This document shows, piece by piece, positions 24,001-38,308 of a DNA stretch of 64,000 nt. The notes under the pieces are model-generated. The model made no database searches and was not told the origin of the DNA. It saw only the letters and a program-made list of their open reading frames with translations. Made by a program: the position numbers and the translations under genes. Position 1 is the stretch's first letter, and every line of letters begins with the position of its first letter. Source of the DNA: Rhizaria sp. SCN 62-66 (taxonomy: Eukaryota); the NCBI GenBank assembly GCA_001724265.1, contig MEDY01000068.1:1-64000 (forward strand), in the 5' to 3' direction.

Positions 24001-27000
24001 GGGCACACGCCGCAGCGGGACATGCCGCTGAAGGCCTGGTAAGAACCGGGGTCGCACGTCTGGCACGACACAGAGCCGAGGTTCGTCGCGAATCGGCCTG
24101 CGGAGCACGGGGAGCAGATGGCAGTGCCGGCGACGGGCGCGGCGGTGCCGACAGCGCAGTCGCGGCAGAACGACTTGGCGGGTTGGTCAGAGTACCTGCC
24201 GACTCGGCAGGCCTCGCAGGTGACGGCACCCGTCGTGCTCGCGATGCGGCCTGTCGCGCACGAGATGCACTGCGACTGGCCCTCGGAAGCCTAAGAAAAA
24301 CAAGACAAGCAAGAAAGCAAGCAAGAGGATACAATTTCATTCATTCAAAATAAAAGGTGAGGAGTGTTTTGGAATAATATAAAAACAAGGACCACAGATG
24401 GGTCGTGATACGAGTCAATTAGAGTCAATTAGAGCGAGTGTAATCGATTAAGCGTACCTGACTGGTACCGGCGTCGCAGTCGGTGCACGACGTGGGGCCA
24501 ACATCGCCGACGGAGATCGAGTACCGTCCCGCAGCGCACAGCGTGCACGAGGCGGCGCCCGTGGAGTTGCCGTAGGTGCCGGAGGGGCACGCGGCGCACT
24601 CGGGCGAGCCCTCGGACTGGGCGTACTTGCCCATGACGCACTCGTTGCAGAACGACGAGCCGGGCGCCGACTGCGAGTAGCCCGTGGGGCAAGCGTCGCA
24701 CTCGATGGCGCCCACGTCGGTGTTGTTGGCGAGGATCGAGAAGCGGCCGATGGGGCATGACTCGCACTCGAGCGAGCGCGTACCGGGAGCGTACGTGCCC
24801 GAAGCGCAGGGGAAACAACCGATCGAGGGCGTGACAGAGTACTTGCCGGCCTCGCAGGGCGTGCAGTCGATGGCGCCCACGTCAAGGTTGTACGTGCCGA
24901 GCGGGCACTCGTCACACGAGGCCGAGCTGGACGCAGCCGTGTAGCGGCCCGCACTGCAGGGAATGCACGACTCCTGTGAAGCAAATAAAAGGCGAAACAA
25001 CCAATAAAAATTATGTGAGTATTTTAGAGTCTATAGGAGAACAGTTAAGAGACGAGTGAACATATTTTGAGCTAATTTGTTAAGTCATAGTGGATTTTAG
25101 TAGAAACAAAAAAGAGCGTACCTGTCCTTCGCTGGGCTGCGCGTAGCCCGGATCGCACGTGTAGCACGTAACGAGGTTCGTGGTGTTAGAGAAAGTACCA
25201 GGCGTGCACTTGATGCACTCAAGCGCGCCCTCCGCGGGCGCGTACTTGCCGTGGCCGCACGACGTGCAGATGCTCATACCCATCGTGTCGGCGTACGTAC
25301 CGGGCAAGCAGGGCGTGCAGATAGTCGACGCGAGCACGGCGGTGGCCGAGCCCAGGGGGCACTCCTTGCAGATGAGGGAGCCACCGGCGTTGGTGTAGCT
25401 ACCCACGGGGCACTGCTTGCACTCGGTCGCCTCGGTCTCGTCCTGCAAAATGCGGCAAACGGGCGGGGTATATTACAGAAGCATATAGATGAGTTTGTGT
25501 GAGTTTAAAAGGGATATACATCGATAGATAGCGGGCTAATCAAGTTATTTGTTCAGTTTTGCGTTCATATCATATCATTAAGAGCAATATGTGTTTGATT
25601 CTTCTTCACCATGTGAGCACAAACGTACCTGGTAGAAGCCCGCAATGCAGGGATCGCACGCAGTGAGGCCAGAGCTGTTGGAGAACGAGCCGGCCTCGCA
25701 GGGAGGGCAGACGAGCAGGCCCGTCTCCGCGGCGGCAGTGCCGGGAGAGCAAGCTTGGCAATACTCCGCACCCTATACCATCGATAGACATAACACAAGG
25801 CACAAGAAAAAGCAAAACGAGCAAAATGAATAAAGAGAATGCATGAGGATGTGCACGACAATGTACGCGTTATTGGTAAAATCGTTGATACGAGATCTTC
25901 AGAGCAATACGCTTAGAAATCAAGTTATAACACAAAGAACCATTAAATAGCGATGAAACAGAGAGGATGAAAGCGTACCTGGATGTTGCTGGCGGTACCC
26001 TGGGGGCAGGGCGTGCAGACAGCCTGACCGGTCTCGTTCTGGTACTGGCCGTAGTCGCAGATCTCGCACGCGTATGAGCCCTGACTGGGCGCAACCTTGC
26101 CGACGGGGCACAGGTCGCAGCTCGCCTGCTCCGTGTTGGGCTGATACTCGCCCATCTGGCACAGACTGCAGAACTCGAGTCCTTCCGTGGGGCCGTACTT
26201 GCCGATCTCGCACGCGTCGCACGACGTCATGCCCAGCGCGGGCTGGTACCGGCCGACCGGGCACAGTGTGCAGCCCTCGGCACTGGGGTCTTCGCTATAG
26301 GAGCCGGCGGCGCAGGGGGTGCACGTCTCGAGCCCTTCGACGGGGGCGAACTTGCCGGCGGAGCAGAACTGGCACTCGGCCTGGCCGGTGAAGGGTGTCG
26401 CGGTGCCGATCGGGCACGGCTCGCACACCTGCTGACCAAGCTCGTCCTGAGAGAAAGCAAAAATAAAAACACAAACAGGAGCAAATTGAGATCGAGATGT
26501 GAGTGCAGTTAAACAATATTACGATACGTCAGAGTGAAATTGAATTAGACACCGATTAAACTTGAATTTTACAATGACATCATGCTTGATTGTGATAATC
26601 TATGCGATCATTGATGAACAGAACATACCTGGTAAGAACCGGGGTAGCACTCGGTACAGAGCTCAAGCTTAGTCTCATTACCATAGCGACCAATCGCACA
26701 GTCATTGCAGAAGTAGTTACCCTGTCCCAGCGCGAAAGTGCCGAACCCGCAGTCCGTGCATACCGACGCCTGCGTGCCGGAGTATGTACCGGCCTCGCAG
26801 GGCGCGCACGTGATGAAACCCGTGGTGTTAAGACTGTACGTGTACGTGCCGAGATCGCAGGCCGTGCACACGACGGAGCCCGTGCCGGAGGCGTAGTTAC
26901 CGGGCGCGCAGTCGAGACAGTCGCTCTGGCCCGCGGCCGACTGGTACTGGCCCTGCGAGCAGGGCGTGCACGTCGACGCAGCAGTGCTGGCGGTGTACTT

Positions 27001-30000
27001 ACCGGCCTCGCAGTCAGCGCAGGCAGAGGAACCGGGCGCGACAGAGTACGTGCCGGCGGCGCAGTCTGTACACGCGGTGGCAGACGCCGCAGAGTACTTA
27101 CCAGCGTCGCAGGCTGAACACACGTTCTTGGTGCTCACGGCGTCGTCGGTGTAGAAACCGGCCGAGCAGGGCTTGCAGCTCGCCTGGCCCAGCGAATCCT
27201 AAACAAGGCGGCGACAAAAAGGCAAAAGGGAGCAATCAAAACGACATGAGAGGTATACAGTACTCAATTAGATACAGCCACTTGAGTTTAAAAGCTTAAA
27301 AACAGATATAAAACAATAAAACACGTGTAGATATTAAAAAATAGAAGTAGGCATTGTGATTTGAAATCGCGATTTGTTTTCTCGCGATTTGTTTTCTACG
27401 TACCTGGTACTGGCCGTTAGGGCAGCCAAGGCAGCTCATCTGCTTCTCGCCGGGCTGGTAGGAACCGGCCAAACAGGAGTCGCAGACCGACTGCTTGCCA
27501 GTCGAGCCGTAGCGGCCGGGCGGGCAGTCGGTGCACGTCAGCGCAGCGAGCGAGCCGGCGAATGTGCCCTGCGAGCAGTCGATGCACGCGGACTTGCCCT
27601 GGTCAGGCTGATATGTGCCGACGTCGCAGCCGGTGCACGTGACAGTGCCGGTGACGTTGGCGAAAGTGCCGCCCGCGCAGGCTGTGCATGAGAGGGAGCC
27701 AGGGTTGGGGGCGTAGGTGCCGACGGGGCAGAGAACGCACGCCGTCGAGTCCGCGTTAGCGACGGAGCCCGCGGGGCAGGCCTCGCACGAGTCGAACGTG
27801 GCCGACGACACGGAGCCGGGCGCGCAGGCCTGGCACGAGGCCGAGCCCGTGGACGCGGTGTACCGGCCGTTTTGGCAGTTTGTGCACGACGTGGGGCCGT
27901 ACGTGTCGGTGACGAGGCGCGTCGAGTACTTGCCGACGGGGCAGTCAGTGCACGTGTTCTTGGGCGTCACGGCGTCCGTGTACTTGCCGTCGTTACACAG
28001 CGAGCACGCGACTTGGCCCTGTGTTTGACAGAAACAAGAGGAGCAAGAAAATAAATAGAGAGATGAGTCATGTTTAAATAGGTTTGTGAAGCATTTCAGT
28101 TTGATATCTGCAGCAAATACATTTGTTTGCATGTTGCCGGAAAATATTGGACTGAAAATACAACGCAAAAGCAAGCGATATAAAGATAGATTGCAACGTA
28201 CTTGGTTGGCGGTGGCGGTGCCGTGGGGGCATCCGTCGCAGCTAGTCTTGCCCGTCGACGCCTGGTACGTGCTTTCGGAGCACAGCGTGCACGTCTCAGC
28301 CGCGGCGGCCGAGTACCGGCCCGCCTGGCAGTCGGTACAAGTGATGGTACCCGTGACCGAGGAGAACTTACCAGCGTCGCAGGTCTTGCACTGGGTCTGG
28401 CCCGTGGCGTCCTGGTACTGGGCCTTGGGGCAGGGCGTGCACTCGGTGGCGCCTGCCGCGGAGAAGGAACCCATGGGGCACGGCAGGCACGAAGCCTGGC
28501 CCGAGCGCGACTGGTACGTGCCGGCGGCGCACGTGGTGCAGCTCGTGGCGCCGTTGCCGCTGACTTGGACCGAGTAGGAGCCCGGGAGGCAGTCGGTGCA
28601 GACGATGTTGCCGGTCGTGTTGGTAAAGGTACCGGCCGAGCACGGCGTGCACGCCGACTGGCCCTCGAGAGCCTGAGACATGAGGATGCAAGAAAAAAAA
28701 AGAATAAAACAGAACAAAAGAAGTGTGAGTTGAATGAACAATATGAAAGCAGTGAGAGACAATAGAAGTGGAATCCATAAATACTATATTTTTTAAACAA
28801 AAGCAAACATAATTTGTGACCGAGACAAATAAGATAGAGAACGTACCTGGTACGAGCCCATAGAGCAGGGCGAGCACGTTTCGAGGTGCGTGGTCGCGGC
28901 ATACTCACCGGCCACACAGGGCGTGCACTCCTTCTGCTTCGTGTTCTCATTGAAGTAACCGGCGAAGCAGGGTGTGCACGTGGCTTGCCCGTAGTCGCTC
29001 TGGTACTCACCGGCGAGACAGTCAACGCACTCGGTCTTGCTCGAGTCCGGCTGTGCCGTGCCGGGCAGACACTCATCGCACGACGCCGCGGCGTTCGTGG
29101 CCGAGAACTTGCCCGCGACGCACTCAGTGCACTGCGCACTTTGAGCTTGATCAGCGTACGTACCGGCCGTACACGCGGTGCAGGCGCTGGAGCCCGAGGC
29201 GGCGAAGTTGCCGGGCGAGCAGACGTCGCAGATGGTCCACGCGGGGCCCGTGGCGTACGTACCGGGGATACACGTAGAGCACGCGGCGGTGCCCTTGACG
29301 TCGGTGTAGGAGCCACCCGCGCAGTCGAGGCACGCCGGGGACGCCGAGTCGGCGTACTGGCCCGCCGGACAGGGTAGGTACGAGTACCGGATGTCATCGC
29401 TCGACACGAGACCCATGTTCTGGATCAGCTTGACGTTCAGGTCGAGGTTCGTGCCCTGGGGCGCGGTGCACGTGACCTTGGTCTGCGGGGACGTCGTGTC
29501 GTGCGTCACGGCCGTGCACGAAACACCACCGACGAGCACCATGGCGTCAGACGCGCCGAAGTACTTGCCCGTGAGCGTGATGGTGTTGCCACCTGCGCGC
29601 ACGCACTCGGTGACGCTCGTCGTCGTGCCGGCGGGGCAGCCGGCGATGGTGGTGATGATGGGCGCCGCGTACGACACCAGCAGTGCGGCCTGCGACCAGA
29701 GTGCAGAGGACGATACAGTGACGGGCTGGTTCACACCGACACCGGGGGGCAGAGTGCAGATGACGGTGGCATCCTTGGCCATCTCGTCAGCAGTGCCAGA
29801 GGTGGGGCGCTGGATGCTCGAGATGACGCAGTCGTTGCCGGAGACGAAGACAAACACAAGCGTCGGGTCCGTCGCGACATCCTTGATGTAAATACTGATC
29901 TTCTCGCCGCCCAGCGTGGTGCAGCCCGTGACGGCGGTGGCGTTGACCGAGGTACACGTGGGGGTCTGGCCATCGGTGACTGGCGTCACGGACGAGATCT

Positions 30001-33000
30001 TGGGCGCGACAGGGTACTGGTACGAATCGCCACTCAGCGTGGCCGTGACTTGGCCGTTGGACGTGGCCTGGAAGTTGTACGGACCGTCGGCGCCGGGAGA
30101 GGAGCGGCACCGCAGCAGCTCGAGAGTGTCACCGCCGTTCTGCGCAACCCAAAGGGCCGGGTCGAAGCACTCGTACAGCAGGTTGCTGACCGAGTCGCCG
30201 TACTTAAGTTTGAGCAGAGCTGCGTTGGCCGCGAGCGTCACGGCGTCGAAACTCGACACAGTGACCATGTTGGTGACGGCCATGACGAGGAACTCGCCTT
30301 CTGTGTACGCGCCCAGTGCGAGGCGGGCGCTCGGGGACGACACGGGGTCGATCAAGGAGAAGAGACCGGAGTGGGTCGTCATGTCGGCGCTCGCGGACGC
30401 GTTGTAGAGCTTGATGGTGCCGTCGACAAAGGTCGGCGCTGGGAACGACAGCGCGTCGGCGCCGACGTTAGATACGAGAGTGTAATCGCCGGAGCGCGTC
30501 TTAAGTTGGAAGTACACCGCAGAGCCGAGGCCGCCGACGAGGGCGCAGGTGACGGCGTGAGCAGTGTCCTCGACAACGATCGACAGGGACGAGCACGTGA
30601 ACTGCGCGGGAGAGCCGCTGACGCCGTACGTCACAGTCGTGTTGGCCTGAAAAAAAATATTCCACAAAAGAAAAGAAAATATAAGAATGTAAGAGCGATG
30701 TTTCAAATAGAACAAAATTTCATTGCAATGAAAGAACAAAAGACTTCCGTATGTCATCATGGCAAAGAGAGGGAAGTAAACGTACCTCGAGCACAGAGAC
30801 ATCAGCCGAGCCGAGCTTCTCGACACGGAACGTCACGCTCTCGGTCGATCGAGTCGACGCGACAGAGAACACAATGGCCGTGGAGCCCGAGGGCGCGACA
30901 TCACTGGCCGCGCGCAGCGTCGCGGTGATGATGCGGGGTCCACTGTAGCTGACGCCGGTGAACGTGGTGGTCTTGGACGTGGTCGTGAGCGCTACCACGG
31001 GCAAGTTGTTGCCACCGGCGCCCGAAGCGGGGAGCTCGCAAACGAACTGCTTGTGCGCAGTCACCTGCGAGACGTACAGGCAGGCGACGCCGCCGACGGT
31101 GATGGCGAGGTAGTTCGCGTCCGTGGCAGCCAAGTCGCCGAAGTTGTCACCGGTGATGGTGAGCCTGATCGCGCCAGTTAGCGGGCAGTCGATGGGGCCC
31201 GTCGTAGGGTTCGAGTTGTCGCAGTCCGAGTCGCCCGTGACCGAGGTGATGACGGGCGCGGCGCGGATGATGGCCGTCGAGGGCGCCGACGACTGGCTGT
31301 CGACAGTGACGACGAGGTTCTTGTTCGCGGTGCCGGCGGGCAGGTGGCACACGAGCTGCGTCGCCGTGGGCAGCGGGGACGCGACGAGCGGGCACGTGAC
31401 TGATTCGCTGGCGTAGATGATGGTGATTAGCGCCGTGTTGATGCCCGAGTAGCCGAAGTTGGTGCCCGTGATCGTGATGATGTTGGACCCATCGGTGGAA
31501 AACGACCCAGAGGCAGTGGTGATGGCCGTAATCACGGGCACCTTGTACCCCACAACGGGCGAGGTGATGTTCTTCCAGCTGTTGGCAAACACACCCGTCG
31601 CGATGTCGACGTCACCGGCGAAGCAGATGTCGACCGTAGCGACAGCGCCGGAGCCCTTAGGGAACGCGCACTCGAGACGCTCGTGATCCCAGGCATACCG
31701 CAGCGGGCAGTCAAGCCCGTTAACGAGCACGGGACCCGCGCCCGCGGCAAGAGTGCACGTGGCGGCGCCGAAGTTGGTGCCCGTGATGGTGAGGAACGTG
31801 CTGCCGTCCGTCTCGCCCGCCGCGGGCGTCATCCCGGTGACGGCGGGCGCGTTGTAACTGAACCGCGCCTCGGGGTTCGTCAGGGCGGTGTTGCTCAGGG
31901 AGCTCGCGGTGACCTTGACAAAGAGGTTCGTGCCGGAGCCAGCAGGGCTGGTGCACTTGATGCTGGTGTAGGTGACGTCACTCGACGACGTGGGTGGGCA
32001 CACGACGCCGTTGATCTCCACCACGGCCGACGGACTGAACGACGTGCCGATGATCGAGAGCACGGTGCCGCCCTTGGTGGGGCCGTTGGCCGGGGTGACC
32101 GAGGTGACGTACGGCGGGTTGTAAGACCAGCGTGACGAGGCGTGGTCAGCCGAGTACGTGCCAGCGACGAGCACCTGGACGGGGATCGCGGTGCCAACGC
32201 CAGAGGGCGTGGTACACAGGATCTGCGTGTGCGTCACAACACCTTGCGTCACGCAGGGCACGTACGAGCCGTCGATGTAGAAGTACACGGCGCCCGTGAG
32301 GCCGAAGTTGGTGCCGACGACGGTAAGAGTCTCGCCACCGCCGGAGCGGCCGCTGGTGGGGTTGATAGACGTCACCACGGGCGCGTCGTAGCGGAAGCTC
32401 ACGTCGCCGGTGTTGCTGGGGTAGATGGCGTCAGTGGAGCCGACGGCGACACGCACGGCGGCATCGCCCTCACCGGCAGGAGCAGTGCAGACGATCGACG
32501 TGTGGGTGCTGTTCGTGATCGTGCACGGCTGCGAGCCCAGCGTGACGGTGGGCGAGGTGCCGAACGACGTGCCCGTGATGGTGATGGAGAAACCACCGGC
32601 GGTGGGGCCGTTAAGAGGGGACACGGACGTGATCGCGGGGCCGTTGTAGCTGTACGTCACTGTGCCGGAGAGCTGGTTGCCCGCACGCACCTAAAGGTGA
32701 ATAAGCGATCAAGTCAAGTCGGAGAAAAAATAAAATAAAGTGAGGGTACGTGAATTATACTTAAAGTTTGTTTGAAAATAAAAATAAAATAAAATGCCAC
32801 ACATTTGACAACCAAAAATGACAAAAATGTGACTGTTTTACGATTTTGTTTTGTTTTTACGTGCCTGGACGAGGCGGTTGGTGCCACCGCCGACGGGGGT
32901 GATGCACGTGAGCGAGGTCTGCCCGGCATTGACGGCGACACTGGTGCAGTCCTTGCCGTCGATGGTGACCGTGGCGACCGTGGTGAAGTACGTGCCCGTC

Positions 33001-36000
33001 AGCGTGACGGTCTGGCCACCGCCGGAGGGGCCGTTGTCGGGCGAAATGGTCAACAGAGTGGGCGCGGCGTAGTTGTACACGAGCGTGTTGGACACCTGGC
33101 CGGCGACGGTGACCTGCACGACGTGGCCACGGGAGTAGAACACGGGGGTCAGGCAGATGATCTGGACGTGGCTGTGGCTCTGGACAGCGCACGTCAGGTT
33201 GCCGAGCGCAACCGAGACGGTGAACGGCGTGTTGACCGTGCCAAAGTTAGAGCCGGCGATCGTGATGGCCGAGCCCGTCGTGGGGCCGTTCTGCGGCGTA
33301 ATCGTCGTCAACACAGGCGGCAAGTACGAGAACGTCGACAGCGACGAAATGAAGCCGTTCTGAGTGCTGACTTGCGCGTACACGTTGGCGCCCTCACCGT
33401 CGGGCAGCTTGCAGATGATCTTGGTGTGCGTCCACGTCTGAATCGCGCAGTTGGTGTTGACGTTGATCGACGACACGTTGCGGGCGAAATCAACGGAACC
33501 AACCGCGGCGGCGAACGACTCACCGGTGATGGTGACAAGCACGTTGGCGTTGGTGGCCCACGTCGTCGCCGTGGTGGGCTCGAACGACAGCAGCACAGGG
33601 TACTGGTAGGACCAGGCGAAGTAGGTCGGGGTGGCGTAGTCGGTCACTCTCATGACGACCCAGGCCAGGCCCATGCCGGGAGGAGTGGTGCACACGACCT
33701 GCGTGTGGGACCACGAGCCGGCGACGGCGGTGCACACGCCGATCTGCGACTCGGTTCCGGTGAACCTGAAGTTGTCGAGAAAGAAAAAACAAAGAAAAAA
33801 CAAACGAATTAGAGAAGATCATTACGTATATCAATGATGCATATGCGAATGAAAGACAAGAGCTTGCGCAAGCGACGAAGAAACGTACGCAGAAGCGCCC
33901 TCGGCACGTTCGTAGATCTGGACGGTGCCGCGCAAGAGCACGTTACCGAACGACACACCAGTAATGGTCAGCGGGTCGCCACCGGACGTGGGGAGCACAG
34001 ACGGGGACACGTTCTGGATCACCGGCGCACCGTAGTTGTAGCCCGTGAAATTACCCGACTGGCCGTTTGTGGTGACGGTGACGACTTGGTTGATGCCGTT
34101 ACCGGCGGGCAGCGTGCACTGGATCTGAGAATGATTGAACTTGTTCGCCAGAGGAGGGCAGTCGGCGCCGTTGATGGTCACAGTGCCCTAGGATCGTCAA
34201 GGGAAAGAGAAAGGCAAGAGGAAAATAACAAACCATGAGTGTGGCGAGAGATTTGATTGGCGCAATGTCAGGAAAGAAAACATGCAACTTGCAACATTTC
34301 ATTTGTTGAAGTTCGGAAAGTTACAGCGTATGGGAACAAAGACGTACCTGAGTGTAGAAGTTGGAGCCCGTGATAGTGACCGTGGAGCCACCGGCCGTGG
34401 CGTAGTTCAGCGGCAAGATGGACGTCACCGAGGGCGCCTGGTATGAGTACAGAACAGTGGCAGACGACGACGAGTCGGCAGTGGACACACCAGTGACTAA
34501 AAAAAAGAAGAAAAAAGAACAACACAACAAAAACACAAAATATAATTGGGTCCTCCTATTCACGATAACAAAATAAATCAGCATGGTTCATTAAACAGTG
34601 CGATCATGACTTTCGCTCACAATAACAGCGATGCAGAGAAAACGACGTACCGACGACCTCGACGATGAGGTTGGCACCAGAGCCGGCGGGCATAGTGCAG
34701 ATGAGCTGCGTGTGCGAGGGGTTGCCCGTGGCGTTCTTGGTCGGACAGACGACGCCACCGATACGCGCAAAGGGCGACACACCGAAGTTGGTACCCGTGA
34801 TGGTGACGTCATTGCCGCCGATCGTGGAGCCCGAGAGCGGGGAGGCGCTGGTGAGCGTGGGCGCGCCGTAGGTGAAATCCACCGAGTTGGACTCGTGGCT
34901 ACCGGACATAATCATCACGGGCACAGTGCCTTCACCGGCGGGCATCGAACACACGACCTGCGTGTGGCTCGCCGAGCCGCCTGTGACGGCCGTGGAGCAC
35001 ACGTTGCCACCCACGAGAGCCGAGGGCGACGTGCCGAACGAGGTACCCGTGATGGTGAGCAAGTACCCACCCTGCGTGGTCGTGGACGACGACGAGATGG
35101 ACGAGATAACGGGGTATGCGTAGCTGAACTGCGTGCTCGCAGTGACCGAGTAGCCACCGGCGTCGACGCGGATCGGCACAGAGCCCTGGCCGGCAGGAGT
35201 CTGGCACTGGATGCTCGTGTGCGCCGTGTAGATGATCTGCGCGCACGCAGTGGCGCCGACATAGGCGACGGGGGTGGTCACGCCGAAGTTGGTACCCGTG
35301 ATGAGCAGCCACGTGCCACCCTGTGTGGGACCCGTGACGGTACCGGTGACGTTGTCGCGCAGCACGACCGAGGTGATCGTGGGCGGCAGGTAGGAGATCT
35401 GGCGTGAGTTGGACTCGTACGTCGTGCCACCGGCCGCGTTGCTCATGTACACGATGATACCAGAGCCCTGTCCAGACGGGGGCTTGAACAGAATCACAGT
35501 GTGGTTCCACGTTGAGATGCGGGCATCGTTGTACGCATACGCGGTGTTGTTAAAGTACACCTGGCACGTAGCCGAGAGAACACCGAAGTTGGCACCAGCG
35601 AGCGTGATCGTCGTGGTACTGGTATCCGTGGGGATCTGCGAAGGCGTGACCGTGGACAGCGAGGGCGTCGCGTAGCTAAACAGCGAGTTGGTCGCAAACT
35701 TGCCCGTGCGCGCAGTAACGCGGATCGTGCGCGACGCACCGTAGCCGGGCGGCGTCGTGCAGATGATCTGCGTGTGCGACCACGATGTGACCGCGCACGT
35801 GTTCCCGTCCAGAGTCACCGCGGAGCCAGTGCCCGACGTGTCGAACGACGTGCCCGTGATGGTGATCGACGTGCCGCCACTCGTGACACCCGTGAGCGGC
35901 GACACGGACGTGATGGTCGGCGACGCGTACGAGAACAGGAGCATACCACTGTCACCAGCGGGGGTTTGCACGTACACATTGAGGTTGTCACCGGAGCCGA

Positions 36001-38308
36001 CGGGCAGGGTGAAATAAACGTTGGTGTGCGACTGCGACGTGGCAGGGGTGGAAGCGCCGTTGAACATCACCGACGCACCGGAGAGACCAAAACTAGCGCC
36101 GGTGATGGTCATGCCGATGCCGCCGCCGGTGGGGCCAGTGGCGGGGGACAACGAGCTCACAGAGGGGCCGTCGTAGGAAAAGGCGAAAGAGCCCGTGCTG
36201 CTCTGACCACCGACAGTGACCAAGATAGCGTGGTTCTTACCCGTACCGACAGGGATCAAGCAGAGAATCTGGGTGTGCGTGAAGCCAGTTCCCGTGGGGG
36301 CGCAATTCATGGTGCCGATACGCACGAGACCCGTGATGCCGAACGAAGTACCCGTGATGGTCATCGTGCCACCACCGGACGTCGGCGAGTTCAAGGGCGT
36401 CACTGCAGTGATCACGGGCGCGTTGTAGTTGAACACAAGCGACGCCGACGTTGTTGTCGACCGGTCGAGCACCGTCACCTTGACTGGCAACGCGGTACCC
36501 ATGCCTGCGGCGACGGTACACAGGATCTGGACGTGTGTCACGGTCGATGCGGTACACGCGACGTTGTTAATCGTGGCGTAACCAGACACTCCGAAGTTAA
36601 TACCAGTGATGGTCATCACGGAGCCACCGGAGGTGGAGCCGAAGTTGTTGCTCAACGACGTGATCGAAGGTGGATCATAGCTGAACTTGTCGGTCGCAGT
36701 AACGGTGCGCGTGCCAGCCGTGGCGGACAGCGCGAGGTTCGTCCCTTCGCCGGCGGGAATCTTACAGATGATCACGGTGTTGTTCGCCGACGTGCCGGAA
36801 ATGGTGAGAGGATTCCAGGAACACTCCTTGGGGCCGAGCTGGACCGTGGGCGCGGTGTAGAAGTTATCACCGAGGATCGTGAGGAGATCGCCACCGGCCG
36901 TGGCCTTAGCAGCCGCGGACCACGACGCGATCGACGGCGCGCCGTAGTCGTACGATGTCTGCACCGTGCGGTTGTACGCCGTGGTGACGCGGATTGCAAC
37001 AGTACCCATGTTGGACGGCATGGTACACGTGATCACCGTGTGGTTATGTGCACCGACGACGGGGCAGTCCGTGTCCTGCACACGCACCGTCGCGCCAGAG
37101 CTGTAGAAGTTAGTGCCCGTGATGGTGATGGCGTAGCCACCGATGGTGCGGCCGCCTGCGGGAGTCACACTGGTGATGGTCGGCGCGGAGTACGGCATCA
37201 TACGGTTGTCGGTCGACTGGCCACCGACAGTGAAACGCATCGTGACTGACGACGCGCCACCGGCCGGGGCAGTGAAGACGATCTTGCTGTGGTCGACGGA
37301 GGTCATCGCGACGGTCTGGTCGTTAAACGACAGAGTGGTGCCACCCTGGGAAGAGATGACGGACGTCAAACCGGCTTGACCGAAGTTCTGGCCATTGACG
37401 GTGACGACTGCGCCCGCAGTGGGGATCTCGGTCGGAGACACGGAGGTGATCACTGGGGGCGAGTAGGAAAACCACTCTGAGTTAGAAATCTTGGCCGACG
37501 TGACGTAGATGACGATCGGGATATTGGTACCAACGCCAGTCGGGACCGTCATCACGGTGCTGGTGCCGTCGGAGGCACTTCCCGCGCCAGCCGTGAAGTT
37601 GGTGCTGTTGTAGCCATAGCCCCAAATGACACGCATCGTCGATTCGGCCGGAAAATGGTTCACACCGCTGATGGTGAGGGGGTAGTTACCCGTGGTGTTG
37701 CCCGTGGAAGGCGAGATTGAACTGATCGAAGGCAGCAAGCAGATGTCGATGTAGTTGACGCAGCAGTCACCATAATCGAGGCAGCTACCACCACAGTAGC
37801 AGCCGTTGGGGACACGGGAAGACTTGGTGCCTAGCACGCACTCGGGACGGCAGATGGAGTTGTAGATCTTAAGATGGGTCTCTGCGTTGGCGGTGTTAAC
37901 AGCCATATTACGAAGGAAGGTGTTCTTGTTACCGGAAGAGAGGGAGGTGTAGTCAGCAAGAACAGCATCGCGGGTCTTGCAAAAAGAACGGAAAATGTTG
38001 GCACCCTTGACCTGCGTGCAGTAGTTTGCTGTGTTGGTGTTGCCGGTACCCTTAGTGAAGGTATCGGCGGCCTGACAGTTGGCCAAGGTACACGCTTCGT
38101 AACCAAACGTCTGCGCAGCCGCCGGCGCAACGCCCCACGAGAGCAGGAGCGCGACCGCGAGCAGCAGCAGAGACGACGCGCTTGAGAACAAGCGGCCGCT
38201 CCGACGATTGTGCTGTGTGGTGCTGTGTAGGTGTTGCGGGGGCGCATCAGCTGCCGCGCTGGGAGCTGCGGCAGCAGGGGAAGCTGGACGCCAGAAAGAG
38301 AACAACAT
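21076..38308 (-). CDS. giant cell-surface protein, 15 exons, ~4,961 aa: signal peptide, somatomedin-B-like domain, ~25 IPT/TIG repeats, Cys-rich GCC2/GCC3-type (ephrin-receptor-like) repeats, ~9-TM module, acidic Ser/Gly tail
   Basis: Exons 38308-34651, 34496-34348, 34187-33889, 33765-32865, 32690-30786, 30646-28847, 28672-28202, 28018-27404, 27198-26629, 26446-25979, 25772-25629, 25442-25122, 24973-24458, 24290-21967, 21820-21076 sum to 14,886 nt, in frame. Motifs CYCGGSCLDYGDCCVNY, repeated PxITSVSP..GG..ITITGTNFG, CxxCxxGxY, and LGFLYAGYK..WWEIV..NPY. Confidence 0.9.

Noticed and set aside
24412-27397. Short tandem duplications in introns (GAGTCAATTA at ~24412, TCGCGATTTGTTTTC at ~27367)
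   Set aside because: Most simply explained by local slippage; not shared between introns.
21945-37249. Long + strand ORFs (436, 475, 335, 491 aa etc.) opposite the giant IPT gene
   Set aside because: Antisense shadows caused by high GC3 on the coding strand; no recognisable motifs.
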